Shown here in pieces: positions 23,162 to 35,820 of a stretch of 64,000 nt of DNA (positions are counted from its first letter, which is position 1; every line of letters begins with the position of its first letter). The notes under the pieces were generated by a model. That model was not told the origin of the DNA. It searched no databases and saw nothing but the letters and a program-made list of their open reading frames with translations. The DNA comes from Zootoca vivipara (Eukaryota), in assembly GCF_963506605.1 (NCBI RefSeq), contig NC_083294.1, forward strand, positions 38,502,001 through 38,566,000. The letters are read 5' to 3'. The translations under genes were made by a program, and so were the position numbers.

Positions 23162-23500
23162 GAGAGTCTGTGTGACGCAATGGTTAGAGTAGGGATAGCC
23201 AACATGGTGACCTCTGAATGTTTTGGGCTTCAACTCCCATCAACCCTACCCAGCATGGCTCAGTCATCCAGGATTATGGGAGTTTTAGCCTGCAACATCT
23301 GGAGGACACCCCTGGGTTAGAATGTCAGAGCTGGACAGAGTTAAAATCCTCACTTAGCCATGAAGCTCACTGGGTGACCTTGGGCCAGTCAATGTTGCCC
23401 ATCTTAACTTACCTCCAAGGGTCATTGTGAAGATAAAATGGTGAGCACTACCTTCTGCTCTCTGGAGAAAAGGTGGGTTTTAAAATGTAATAAATAACAT
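23162..23500 (+). mobile_element. MIR/CORE-like tRNA SINE interrupted by a hAT MITE (23190..23314)
   Basis: gtgaccttgggccagtc CORE-like motif; aataaata tail; MITE TSD ggttagag/ggttagaa at 23182..23189 and 23315..23322. Confidence 0.75.
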
Positions 23501-23840
23501 GACTGAGTAGAGTTATCTACATTTACCCTAGATCACTAGCCACATCTTATTTATTTATTTATTAGCACCTCTTTAGCAGTGGCTGTCAGCTTACAAGTAA
23601 AAGCACATGAATATAGCAAATTTCCACAAAATAACAAACCCCAGTAGTCACCAAAGCACAGAAACAAGACTAAGATGGAAAAGTTATTCATTTGGAACTG
23701 GCAGAAAAATGAGAATGATGCCAGTCAAACTATTCTTGGAAGGAAACCACAAAAGCAGGGGGCCACCACTGAGAAGGCTTTATTTGGTGAAAATGCTTTG
23801 GAGTAGGGATGGAGGAGGATTGCATTTTAACCCCACCTTC

Positions 23841-24170
23841 TTGTTGTTGTTTAGTCGTGTCCAACTCTTCGTGACCCCATGGACCATAGCACGCTAGGCA
23901 CTCCTGTCTTCCACTACCTCCCGCAGTTTGGTCAGACTCATGTTGGTAGCTTCGAGAACACTGTCCAACCATCTCGTCCTCTGCCGTCCCCTTCTCCTTG
24001 TGCCCTCCATCTTTCCCAACATCAGGGTCTTTTCCAGGGAGTCTTCTCTTCTCATGAGGTGGCCAAAGAATTGGAGCCTCAGCTTCAGGATCTGTCCTCC
24101 CAGTGAGCACTCAGGGCTGATTTCCTTCAGAATGGATAGGTTTGATCTTCTTGCAGTCCATGGGACTCTC
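23841..24170 (-). mobile_element. BovB/RTE LINE 3' fragment
   Basis: MRVPWTARRSNLSILKEISPECSL...GHLMRREDSLEKTLMLGK.EGTRRRGRQRTRWLD; (caa)n tail. Confidence 0.95.
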
Positions 24171-25606
24171 ATCTTAATGCTGGATATATCCAGTTCACAC
24201 TTTCCAAAACCAATATGTGAACTGTAACCTTTGAATTTTGCACTTATCCCAATTTTGTGATGCAGTTTTCCAACCAAACTGTGTTTACCCAAAAAAAATC
24301 ACATATTATGGGAAAGTATGAATAAAAATGGAGATATTAATGAAAATACTGTACAAAAACTAATTATGATAGGGAACAATTCTTGCAAAAAATGTGCACT
24401 TTACTCAAAACAAGATATAAAAATGTGGTTTTTTAAATAGAAATTTTGGGAGAATTCTCATGAGGAATCCTGCACTCCTCCTCCCCAGTAGGAGACACAC
24501 AGTTTTATCTTGTAGAAGCTGAAACATCTGAACAATGCACTTTGAGGACACATCCCCAATTAAAGGGGGAAATGCTTTAAAAGTGTGCATTTTAACGAGC
24601 TTCATTTGGGCTTATTACTTCAAGGTGACCTTACTGCATCATCATTTGGAATGTAGCTCCAGGAGACCTTTATTAAGATTTTCATTTTGGAAAATGAAAA
24701 TTTCATGTACTGTACAAAGGTTTGCAGAAATTGCATGCCTTATTCTGGGTACAAGAAAATACACTGGGTGATGTAATTTAATGAATCTGAAATATAATGA
24801 CTCCTCTGATATGAGCATAGGAATAATGATGTTGAAATTAGGAAAGCTTCAGTGACTTCCAACGCATAACCAGTTTTTGCTGCAGATGAGAAAAACTGAT
24901 TTTAATTTTTGTCTTAAACTAACATTTTTCTGTGATAAATGGGTAATGGGATCGATCTAATGGGGAATGAACTTCTCTTCTTGCCCCAATTCTTCATCTT
25001 GGCTTTGCCAACCACCCACTGATTACTCTTATAGCTCCTTTTGCACAAAGAGCAAACCCAGTCTTGGGTTCTTCAAGATTAACTACAGTTCCAAAAGATG
25101 GAGCCAATTTTAAAAGTTTATGGCTCGTTTCATAATGTCTTGTAAATCAGACCTTGCTTCTATCTCTCTTTTTTAATTATGCCAACTGGAAACTAGCAGC
25201 CAAGGCCAAGCATTGGAATAACTTTATAGTAGGATAATTGTTTTAAAGCCTATTATGGCCTCTCCATTATTAAACATGATGTGGTTATGAACACGAACTT
25301 AACTGCCCATTTATGGAACTGCATTAGGACTCTGTTCAGTTATTTCAGATGCATTAATGTGACTCTTGGATGGCAGAGAGGGAACATGGAAGGGTCCAAA
25401 CCACTGTGAGAGATCGAAAGTGAACTGGGGCAGAAGGGAAGTGTTGCAAAACTGGCTTGAGTGGGAGGCAAAATAGCTGTGCCTTTCATTTGGAATCAAC
25501 AGCAGCTACAACAACAACAGAGAAGAATATGAGGCAGATCTTGAGGGGTGCGGGGCAGCAAAGTGTTAGGCACCTGGCAACATTAAATAACATCTATGGC
25601 CCAATT

Positions 25607-25956
25607 TTACCCTGACCATTAGGTCCAGTCATGACCGACTCTGGGGTTGCGCGCTCATCTCGCATTATTGGCCGAGGGAGCCGGCATATAGCTTCCAGGT
25701 CATGTGGCCAGCATGACAAAGCCGCTTCTGGAAAACCAGAGCAGCACATGGAAACGCCGTTTACCTTCCCACTGTAGCGGTTCCTATTTATCTACTTGCA
25801 TTTTGACATGCTTTCGAACTGCTAGGTTGGCAGGAGCTGGGACCAAGCAATGGGAGCTCACCCCGTCACAGGGATTCGAACCACTGACTTTCTGATCAGC
25901 AAGCCCTAGGCTCAGTGGTGTAACCTACAGCGCCACCTGGGTCCCTTTACCTTTAC
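25607..25956. mobile_element. Sauria SINE with inverted body (minus) and tail in + orientation
   Basis: 13-bp TSD ctatggcccaatt at 25594..25606 and 25957..25969; body 25610..25945 is minus-strand; tail ctttacctttac is on the + strand next to the right TSD. Confidence 0.88.
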
Positions 25957-27585
25957 CTATGGCCCAATTGGGGAATGGGTGAACATGTTGATTTCAGTTT
26001 CTCTGAATTTCTCATTTTTCCAATCTTAAGCTCAGTTCTCCACATTCCAAATGAGTTGGTGGATGATGATGATGATGATTAAAAGGCCTTGTGAAAAGTT
26101 TTGCCTAATACATATAGTTTGCAAAGCATTTCCCCAAAATATAATAAAAAATAATGTATGGTATTTTCAGTAATATACTCATGCTTATACACACTTTGCA
26201 CTAATGAATACATTTTTGTACATGTTGCTTGTCTGGAGAATTTCATTGCAAAATTCAGAGAAGTGTGGATTTCAAAGGATGGCTGTATTTCCATTTCTGT
26301 GTTGTTTCAGAACATGTGAATTAGGTAGGTTTCCCTTTAAATGTGAACTGAATCAAATTTCTCTCCTCTCAGAGGAGAGGTCCAGGCACTCATTGTACCA
26401 TGCATGCACTTAACGATTTCTGTCCAGCAGGCAGATAGCTGTACATATGAGATTCTGTAGAATACACTGGATATGCCCCTGCTGGCCCTCTACTTGCTTA
26501 CCTGTTGTTGATATTTATCAAGTTTCTTGAGAGGTTGGGATTTCTTAAATCAGAAAAGGGCAGGGAAAATAATCTGCCATGGTCTGATCTGGACACCTGA
26601 CTTACCTGTTACCTTGCCACTGTTGCCGGGGGGGGGCTGAGATGCTTTATCAACTGGGTCCCTCCACTTGCTTGCAGAGTTGGTCCCCTTGCTAAGTTGC
26701 CTGAAGTAACCTTCCCCCCCCCCACCCTCAAAGAAAAGCCCAATGAGGACTGAACATGCTTTGTGTCACAGTGTCCTGCAAGAGGGCTTGGCTGGCTGAC
26801 TGGATGGCTGAACAGGAGCACCCCATGCTGTAACAATCTGCTATAGCCCCAACTTATGTAATCACCCAGAAGCAGGGAAGGGGGTCCCTGATGCTTCAGT
26901 TATGTGTGTGACGGAGCAACCCCATACATATTGCTTTAAAGGTAATAAGTGCTGGGCTTTAGTGGGAAAATGTGTCTGGTTTCTGGGGACTTCTCTGTGT
27001 GCGGGGAAGACGGAGAGACACTCTTATTGTTGTGTTTCCCCTGCAGAGCGAGAGACAGCCATCTTTGCGCTTGTGTACCTGCAGTGGCCGGGCAAATGGC
27101 AGCGGGGCTAGTTGTTGGCGGCACAATTCATATGGGTCGGCTGGGAAGGCATCTCGCCACCCATTCCCATTCGCCTTCAGTTCTCTGTAACTCTGCCAAA
27201 CTTCAGCCCCATGGAAGGAGAGCTGCGAGGTATCCCTGAGTCCAGCCTGCTCTTCCCCATCCTCTCCTAACCTCATGCCATTGCTCTCTTCTCTTTCGCT
27301 CTCCTGGGGATTGGGAGGCAGAGGGTGGCACTGGGGGCTGCCAGAGCTCTGCATGCTTTCCCCAGTGAGCTATCGCTCAGCAAGGCATGGAGAAGGGGGT
27401 CACTTGGTGCTGCAGTCACTGGAGCCTCAGAGGCTGGGGGCTCTCTTTGGGATCGCTTGCTCGGCCGAGCAGCTGCACTACAAGCCCCAGGGTGCTTTGC
27501 TGAGCGATCATTCACCAGAACTGGGGAGAGCAGCTTCTGGGTGATGCTGCTGAGGCCATCCCTGAGCAAGGGAAGGCTGTGCCGA

Positions 27586-27726
27586 CAAAACGGAAGTGTA
27601 CCCTTGACTGGAGTACATTGGCAATCCAAAAACAAAACGCAAACCGGAACACTCATTTCCGGTTTTGAAGTGTTCGTAATCCAAAAAGTTCATTGGCTAG
27701 GATGTTCATAACCCGAGGTACCACTG
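27586..27726. mobile_element. Tc1/mariner (Tigger-like) MITE right-end fragment
   Basis: Ends ccgaggtaccactg|TA like the other Tigger-like MITEs; the partner TIR is not seen. Confidence 0.65.
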
Positions 27727-29243
27727 TACATTAGAAACAAATCATAAAAGAAAATGAAGCAATAAAACAACAAAATTTTATAATAAAACCACACAGTACC
27801 TAAACATGCCTGCTGGAACAAGAAAGTCTTGGTCATGTGCCTGAAGTTCAGCAAGGTTTCCTGGGCCCAAGTTGTTTAAGTTAAGTATAAATTAATGCAG
27901 CAGTCTTGAACTCAGCACAGTAACATATGGGTAGCCAGTTCAAGCTTTTAGGCAATGGAATTATGTGCTGATGTGTATTTTCATTGAATTCTGGTATATG
28001 CAATGGGCACTTATCTCTTTGGGAGACTTTCATAATCTTACAGTGCCTTCTACACTGAGGTCAGAAAGAGATTTCCTGTACTGACAGAAATCAACGTGGA
28101 ATGGCAAGAAAATGAATTATAGTGAATCATTAAAGAATCACTTAGGAATGTGGCTGAAAGTCACATTCTAAAGCAAATCAAAGCAAAAAGAAACCCTGAT
28201 GCCTTGGGTGTCAGGAAGACCTCGGATAAGGCATTAAGGAAGTTATACCAAAAGGTCTCCATGTTTGAAGGCATTTAATGGAGTATGACTTGCTAAGCAA
28301 AGAGGCTGGAGTAGACCTTGGAATAAGATATAGCAGCATGCATTAAGGGAATCTATAGGACAAAGGTTTAAAGATGACTACAGGCTTTATAAAACAGAAA
28401 AATCACTTTTGCTGATCATAAAAAATGGTTGCAGCCTCCTTCCAAAGCAAAAGCGATAGTCTTGGCAAGAGACGAACAGCCAATAATTATTATGAAAAAC
28501 ATTATGTTGGCGCAGCAAAATGCATTAATGGCCAGATGTCAACATGAAGCTGGCTATAGCTTAGTGCCCCTTTCCACAGAGTAAAAAAATGGAATTGTTC
28601 TTCATTTGTTGGATGAAAAATGGAGAGACTGTTGGTGCAAACCATGTAAACTCTGGAAAGCATAAGAAGTGCTTGCATTAAAAAAAAGTGGGAATGTTCT
28701 GGGTTTGACACAAGAGGTGGGGCGTTGAAGATTAACTATGCACAAAGCATTTTGCTACAAAAAGAGAGCAACTTTCTAAAGTTTTAAAGAAAAGTAGGTT
28801 TATGCAGTTAAGGTGGATTAAAGTGCTCTGCAACAAATCAATCAAAAAACAAACAGCAGAAATGCTTTGGAAAGTGTGGAATGAATGACTGGTTAACAGG
28901 AAGACATATTGACACCTTGAAAACAAATGAGAACAAATGCTAAATAAAGACCAGATACAGTCTAAACTCCACATAAGCTTTGTGTAAGCAAATCAGGATG
29001 ACTGTTAAATAAACAGGTGCTGAAAGCCAGTGATCTTCTGGAGAATGGAGTACTACTGTAGCAGCATGAGGGGCACTGAGGCATCAACTTCTCAGAAAGA
29101 TTGTGGGGGCCTGACACCACGTGCACAAGGGAAAGATCGGGGGAAGGCACCCCTAGCCGATGGTGGCAGCAGCAGCAGCAGCTGCCAGCCATTGATGCTG
29201 CACTGTGCCTAGCTCTGCATTTGCCCTTCTCTATCCTCTGAAC

Positions 29244-29499
29244 TTTTGTATGCCTGTTGTTTGTACTTTGGCCACCTCATGAGAAGAGAAGAATCCTTGG
29301 AAAAGACCCTGATGTTGGGAAAGATTGAGGGCACTAGGAGAAGGGGACGACAGAGGACGAGATGGTTGGACAGTGTTCTTGAAGCTACGAACATGAGTTT
29401 GACCAAACTGCGGGAGGCAGTGCAAGACAGGAGTGCCTGGCGTGCTCTGGTCCATGGGGTCACGAAGAGTCGGACACGACTAAACGACTAAACAACAAC
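29244..29499 (+). mobile_element. BovB/RTE LINE 3' fragment
   Basis: YFGHLMRREESLEKTLMLGKIEGTRRRGRQRTRWLDSV; tail aacaacaac; 11-bp TSD atcctctgaac at 29233..29243 and 29500..29510. Confidence 0.95.
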
Positions 29500-31482
29500 A
29501 TCCTCTGAACAATGCCCCCCCAGCTCCCTTAAAAACACACGTTGTGGGGGCTCAAAGTGGCTCAGCCCCCAGAGTTGTTATCTCTGATCTTGGCTGGAAT
29601 AGGAGAATGGCAAGAAGGAGGTTAAAGGTAATAGTAGCATGGGGAGCAGCAAAGTTCTGCTGATTGGGGGCAGGCTAGGGAAGGCTGAATCCATCAGCGG
29701 AGCACTTGGAAATATATCACTGACCTGGTATAAAGTAGCTCCCTTTGGCCATTACAGCATCTTGTGATAATGAATTCCATAATTATGCAATGAGTTAAAA
29801 ATAATTTCTTGGGAAGAAGCCAGCCTTATCATTCGTGCAGTTAAATCAGACTAACACCACAATGTACAAAAAGCAAAACAAAAGCACAGTGGAGAAGAAT
29901 TTGTGGTTGAATAAACGTTGCGCTGGAAGACACAGGATAATGAAGAATTCAAGCTAAGTATATTGTCTGATATGAGTTGAAACTAATGGAGAAAAATAAG
30001 TGTGGAGCTGTGAATATAAATGTAAACATGCGAAATTAGATGAAAACAAATGCACTGAATATTGCAGCCCAAATTCAAATATTGCCAAACCCCCCCCCCC
30101 AATCAAATGCAGTTTATTTTCATGGTGAGACACTGGAGCTTTCAAACCTCAGCTGTGCAGGGTAAACTCTACACTGAAATTTGGATCTAATGGTTTGAAT
30201 TTGGGAAACTCATTAGTCCTTTTCAGGCATTTGTTCCTGAATGAATGATAAGAGGCTATGTGAATGTATGGTACTAGCTCCTCTTTCATGTTGATTCCAC
30301 AGGTGTGGCCAATTAGGGTTCCTGTTTCCATGTTGGAAAACCTTTGCACTATGAAGGTGCCCCCTACAATCTCAGCTGATTGTGTCACTGGCATGTGCAC
30401 CACAACCAAGTGGTCAGAGTGAGCCCTGTGAGTTCCTGCAGGTCCTTTCATTTGTTCAGAAGCAAATACCTAAGGAGGGCTCTTATTGAATCTATGAATG
30501 TGTGCTTTTCTCTCTCTCGTGTAAGTATTAAAAGGAACAGTGTTGAGAAGTCAGTTTTCCTTTGTTCATGAAATATGGAGAAGCTTTCGACTGCATTGGT
30601 CATAAAGTGACAAGTGTCGGGAACTGCTTCAAAAAGGGATTCTCAGGACACATCACAGAACTGATTTGACATCCGCTGTGATTATTCAGTGGCCGTAAGA
30701 ATGTTTGGCATCATGCTGCAGCAAAATAGACCCAGAGGATCCAGGCCAAGATATCTGAGCAGGAATTATCTTGCTGTCTAACAATGATGCATAGATGAAA
30801 GCGTAGGGGTGAAAGTGCAAATTTGGAAAGACTTCTTGGTTGATACTGCATTTCATACTTCTTACAGTGTGGGGATCTTGCTGTGCTGTTTTGTAAGACT
30901 ACAGAATGTGCTCCTATATAAAGCAGGAATGGGGAATCTGTGGCCCTCCAGAGTGACTGGCTCCAACTCCTTTCAGCGCTAGCCAACATAGCCACTGTTT
31001 AAGGATGTTAGGAGCAGTAGCCCAGCCATTTTTTATGGAGCTTCCTTTCAGTTGAGGTCAGACAAGCCCCTTCCCCACAGAATTTCCAGCACCTACGGAA
31101 TACTTCATTTTTTATTCCAGCATGCATTTTAATTATAGTTTTCGTTATGCATTTTTGGTATTATATCTTTGTAAGCCACTAAGAGATAATTGTAGTCAAG
31201 TGCTATATAAATTGTTGACGCTAATAACAAATAAATAAAAGCATCCGAGGAGCTGCATGTTCCCCATTACTGGTAGAGTGGCGCGAAAGGCCTCCACTGC
31301 ATCAAGAAGAGCTTTTGTGGGCATTAGGCTTTGAAACAATGCACAGCAGGACAGGGGAACCTTCTAATTTTATTTTATTTTAAGCTCAAGGGTCACACTC
31401 CCTTCTGTGCAACCCTTTGGGGGGACATGCAGCGACAAAAATGGTCAGAGCAATAAATGTGAGTTTTACCTTTGTACAATAG

Positions 31483-32361
31483 TGTCAGGGACTGATTGGA
31501 GGAACCAGCTGGAGATAAGGGAAGAAGGTTCAGAGACTGGGGACTTGTGGTGGGGTGACAATGAGTGGTCAGAGGGAGATGACTGGGGAGAGAAGACAGG
31601 GGCGTACCTAGCCCAGCTGGTACTGAGTGTGGCGCCTGTGCAGCACCCCATACAGAGTGTGTGTGCGTGGGATGCCACACATGCGCAGTCCGCAAGGGGC
31701 GCTGCTCGTGTACAGCAGCCCATAATGGGGTGCCGCACAAGAGCGACAGCCTGCAAGGCCACCACACGCCTGTGGCAGCCCGTACGGACTGCACCTGTGT
31801 GGCACCCTATATGGAGTGTGCATGTGCAGGATGCTGCACAGGTGCAGTCCGCACAGGGTGCTGCTGGCGTGCGGCGGCCCCATGGTGCTGCTGGCATGGG
31901 CGGAGGTGAGGGGCGGGCCAGGGTGGGGTGCACTGAGTGTCATCCCCCCCAGGGTGGCACCCAAGATGACCTGCCGCCATTGCCCCCCTTGCTACGCTCC
32001 TGAGAGGTGGTGTCAGAAGCTGAAGAAGTAACAGGGCTTAGTGAGCAGGGATAGTCTGTGGCAGAGAGAAGTCCAGAATCAGAGGCAGAAGCTGAAGCAG
32101 GAAAGAAGGGGGGGCCAAGAGGCAGAGGGTCTCAGGCTGGTGAAGTCTGAGATTGCTTGGGGAAAGCCCTGGGGAGGCGGGGACTTGGACAGCTGTGGGG
32201 AGGGGGAACCTTCAGTCTCTGCAACTGCTTCATAGGGGCAAGACCTACTGAAGAAGAGTTGCTGTGCTCATTAGGCCTGGCACTCCTGTGCAGATCATTT
32301 CTTCTAATAAAGAGTTAACTCCACTTACCTTGTGTGATTTACTGCTGGCTCGCTCTTGACA
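31483..32361 (+). mobile_element. Solo LTR (Gypsy-like) with a nested GC-rich MITE
   Basis: TGTCA...TGACA termini; AATAAA ~55 bp from the 3' end; 5-bp flanks aatag/aaaag (4/5). Confidence 0.7.
31597..32002. mobile_element. GC-rich hAT-like MITE with internal degenerate inverted/tandem units
   Basis: TIR caggggcgtac / ctacgctcctg; repeated gcagtccg(c/t)a, cacccc..atac motifs; TSD degenerate. Confidence 0.65.
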
Positions 32362-32604
32362 AAAAGTGCCCCTTTCCATACCGGCAAGTGAGAAGCATTA
32401 TCAGCCAGGCAAAAATACCCAGGGAGAGTACAAAGTAGGGGCAGTGAGAGGTGTGACCTGGGGAGAGCCATAAGGGCCAGAGAAGTCTGTAGAGCTGAAT
32501 TTGGTCCCTGCTATAAACACATATTTGAGAGCATTGAACTCAGTGGGACTTACTTCTGAGTAGACAGAGATTGAATCAAGTATTTGGATGCCTTTATTTT
32601 TAGT

Positions 32605-32936
32605 CATTATATTATTTATTTATTGCATTTTATATTTCACATTTCACCCCCAAAGAGCTAAAGATGGCACACATGGTTCTCACCCTCTCTGCATAGCTGT
32701 CAAGTTTCCCCTTTTCTCGCGAGGAAGCCTATTCAGCATAAGGGAATTTCCCTTTTAAAAAGGGAGAACTTGACAGCTATGTCTCCCTGTTTATTCTCAA
32801 AACAACCCTGTGTTAGGTTAGGCTGAGAGGTAGTGACTGGCCCAAGGCCCCCCTGTGAGCTTTGTGACTGCGTGATTTGAACCCTGGTTTCCCAGCTCCT
32901 AGTCCCATACTCTAACCACCACACCACATGGGCTCT
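32605..32936 (-). mobile_element. MIR/CORE-like SINE interrupted by a 90-bp hAT MITE
   Basis: tttatt tail, gtgactggcccaagg, ctctaaccaccacacc head (reverse complement). Confidence 0.7.
32692..32781. mobile_element. 90-bp hAT MITE (catagctg family)
   Basis: TIR catagctgtcaagtt / aacttgacagctatg; near-identical to 17204 and 61048; TSD 6/8. Confidence 0.88.
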
Positions 32937-33670
32937 CAGATATGTCACACATATAGCCAAATATGTCCTGATAAAGACGATAGGATGCTTCCAGACAGAG
33001 GCTGCAGTCTTAACTCCACTTACCTGGGACTAAGCCCTACTGAATTTAACAGGAGTTACTTCTGAGTTTAAATTTGCACTGTAAATTGTTTGCACTTGAA
33101 ATCAATGCAACTTAAATTAGCCATACCTAACTATTCACATTGATTGCAATGGGGAAATAAATGTCATCCATGTATCCCTTCAGATGTGCTGGGATTCTCA
33201 ATCTTAGAATAAATTCTCTGTTGCACTTTCCTTGATTCGTACTGAGCAACACCGTCCTGTTTCGCTCCATTAAAAAAGATGTCAAGAGGTAATTGTGTGG
33301 TGTTGGATGTGAGCAAGATCAATATAAGGAAGCTAAATTGAACGGAGAAGTTGGGTAACAGGTTAAGGACTAAACCCAGAATAAATTTACTAATGATCAA
33401 ATCCTGCTGAACACTTCAGAGTAAAATGCACAGTCAGGCTGCAACCCTACCCATAGTTACTTCGCTTAACTCCACAGGACTTAACTTTGGTGTTAACATG
33501 CTTGGGATTGTGCTGTGTGCTTGAATATTGGGTTTGATGGCTGGTTTCAAAGCAGTGTAATATGCTTTGGATGTGCTGATAACACTAAACTCTGTGGGAA
33601 AGGGGTGAGGGTCAGTGGATGCTCGGGAGAGGGTAACTGAAAAACATCAGTATGGTTTTCAGTATGGTTT

Positions 33671-33673
<3 letters not shown>

Positions 33674-33746
<73 letters not shown>

Positions 33747-33757
33747 TGTGTGTGTGT
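33674..33757. repeat. (CT)n(GT)n microsatellite
   Basis: Direct. Confidence 0.97.
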
Positions 33758-33833
33758 TTGCTCTTTAAACACAGTAAAATTGTCCAGAGCTCAAATGGAT
33801 GACAAGATCTTTGGTTTGGAGAGAGTGATACTT

Positions 33834-34100
33834 CATAGAATCATAGAATTGTAGACTTGGAAATGACCCTGAGGATCGTATCGTTCAGTGTTTCCCAAAC
33901 TTGAGTCTCCAACTGTTTTGGGACTATAATCGCTATCACTACTGGCCCTGCTAGTTAGGGATGATGGGAGTTGTAGTCCAACAACACTTGGGAAACCCTG
34001 ATCTAGTCCAACCCGCTGCAATGCAGGAATATGGGGATCGAACCTGCAACCTTGGCATTACCAACACCATGTTCTAACCAACTGATATATCCAGGCTTGG
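33834..34100 (-). mobile_element. tRNA-headed SINE with CR1-type 3' tail, interrupted by a hAT MITE (~33886..34000)
   Basis: catagaatcatagaat CR1 octamer tail; ggggatcgaacc B box; MITE ends cagtgtttccc / gggaaaccctg. Confidence 0.7.
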
Positions 34101-34675
34101 GGTCTTACTTTATTTTAATAATCAGCTTTAGTTTTTTTTTAAAAAAATATAAATTCTCAGCATAGAAAAGAAACAGTATTGAGTTTTGTTTTGTTTTGAA
34201 GTGGTCATATTGTTCAGTGGGAGATGGCATGCTTTGCAGGTAGGATACAGCTGTAGATGATGGAGCACGTGGTGTGGCCCCCCACACCTGCAGTGGTAGA
34301 GTGTATACCGTATGTTCAATTCTGGGATGCTCAGTGGCCAGCTGCTCCAAGGTATCAGCTAGCAGAGCTAAGGACCCATCCGAGAACCTGAAGAACTGCT
34401 ACCAATCAGAGTAGACAATTTTGGGTTAGATCTATTGCTGTCTAATCAATGGTGGCTGGCTACTAATGGACCTGGTGGGGCTGGCTAGGGAAGTAACTGG
34501 AAATGGAGTCATTTTGCCCTAGTTTTCTCCCTGTCCTACTCCCTTGCAGAGGTACTGTGGGCACTTAATAAAAGCAGTAATAAAACTACAAATAGGGCTC
34601 TGCCCCATCTTTCCTCTGTGGATGGGGAAATCTGTCAATTTTGGTTTCTCTCAGTTTCATAATTTCCCAGTCATT

Positions 34676-35820
34676 TTATATTATAAAAAACCCTCTAGAC
34701 TTTATTATGAAGTTAAAAATAACTCCCAATAAGAAATAAGAAATAAGATATATGAAAAAGAAGAGAAAAACCCCAGTACACACTCAAAATCAGTCATTAC
34801 CTCATAAAATAAAGTACGTTCTCAAGAGACTACACAGTGAATTAGATGTTACAGCAAAACTGACCTGGTACAGAAAGAATACAAAGCAAATGTTTTCTGG
34901 AATTTGATTGGGATAAAGGATCGAGAATAAAATTGAGAATGAGTAATCTAGAAAAAGAATATTGATTAGATTTAAATTAGTTATAAAGAGAAACGTAGAA
35001 GGGAGGACAGGAGGAAGTCTATGGAGATAAAGAATTGTATTTGAACAAAATAGTATTATATAAAGTTAAATTTTGATGTTATTAATGTTCAAGGATGTTT
35101 AAGAATTGGTATATTTTTGTTCTTTTTTCATGTTTTTTGTTATCGTTGTATTTTTTCTTTTTATTGTTATTCATTTTTGTCTTAATATAAAATCAATAAA
35201 AATATTTTTTTAAAAAGAAAAAAAATACAAAGCAAATGTTATAAATACCAAATAAAGGCATAATTCATTGGTATTTCCCACCCCTGTGTTTGGCCTGCCA
35301 TACAAGTAACAAATAGCTGCCAAATGGAGACAAAATCCAAAGGTGGAGCTAAACCCTGAAATATGTACCCTTAATTTATAATTCAATTTCTTAGAAATGA
35401 GAATAAACATTCCTTTATTGAATCAAATATTTAAATAAATATTTAAATCAAATATTTAAAGAAAAATCCGATGACTCCTTCCAGCCCTTTGATATGGTCT
35501 AATGAGCAGCTATAATAGAATTTTTAAAAGTGGTTTACACATTAAGTCTGTATTGGACTCATTACAATTGATAAAAGATACAGTTTGGGGTTTAAAGGCA
35601 CCAGCACATTTATTATTTCAGAAATTTGCTTCACTACCACTTCTCCAACTGGAGACATGTTTGCAAGACCGCCACATGTTCCAAAAGGTTCCTCTTTTGT
35701 TACATCCCATACAACACAAAGGGGAAGCAACTCGTTATATGTGCAAGAGCGACTGGAGTTATCAATGGGTTGTTTTTAAGGAGTTTTCTCAGATATTTGT
35801 GGATACAGGTCTTTGAAGTC
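34676..35820 (-). mobile_element. Old L1-clade 3' fragment, itself interrupted by a second L1 3' end
   Basis: Minus strand ~35660..35730 gives a GTFWNMWRSCKHV zinc-knuckle-like motif; it splits the AT-rich hAT element (34619.. / ..36137). Confidence 0.65.
34895..35223 (+). mobile_element. Short L1-clade 3' UTR insertion
   Basis: 17-bp TSD aatacaaagcaaatgtt at 34878..34894 and 35224..35240; gggagga..ggaagtc motif as in the 3' UTR of the 602..2432 L1; AATAAA plus A-rich tail. Confidence 0.82.
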
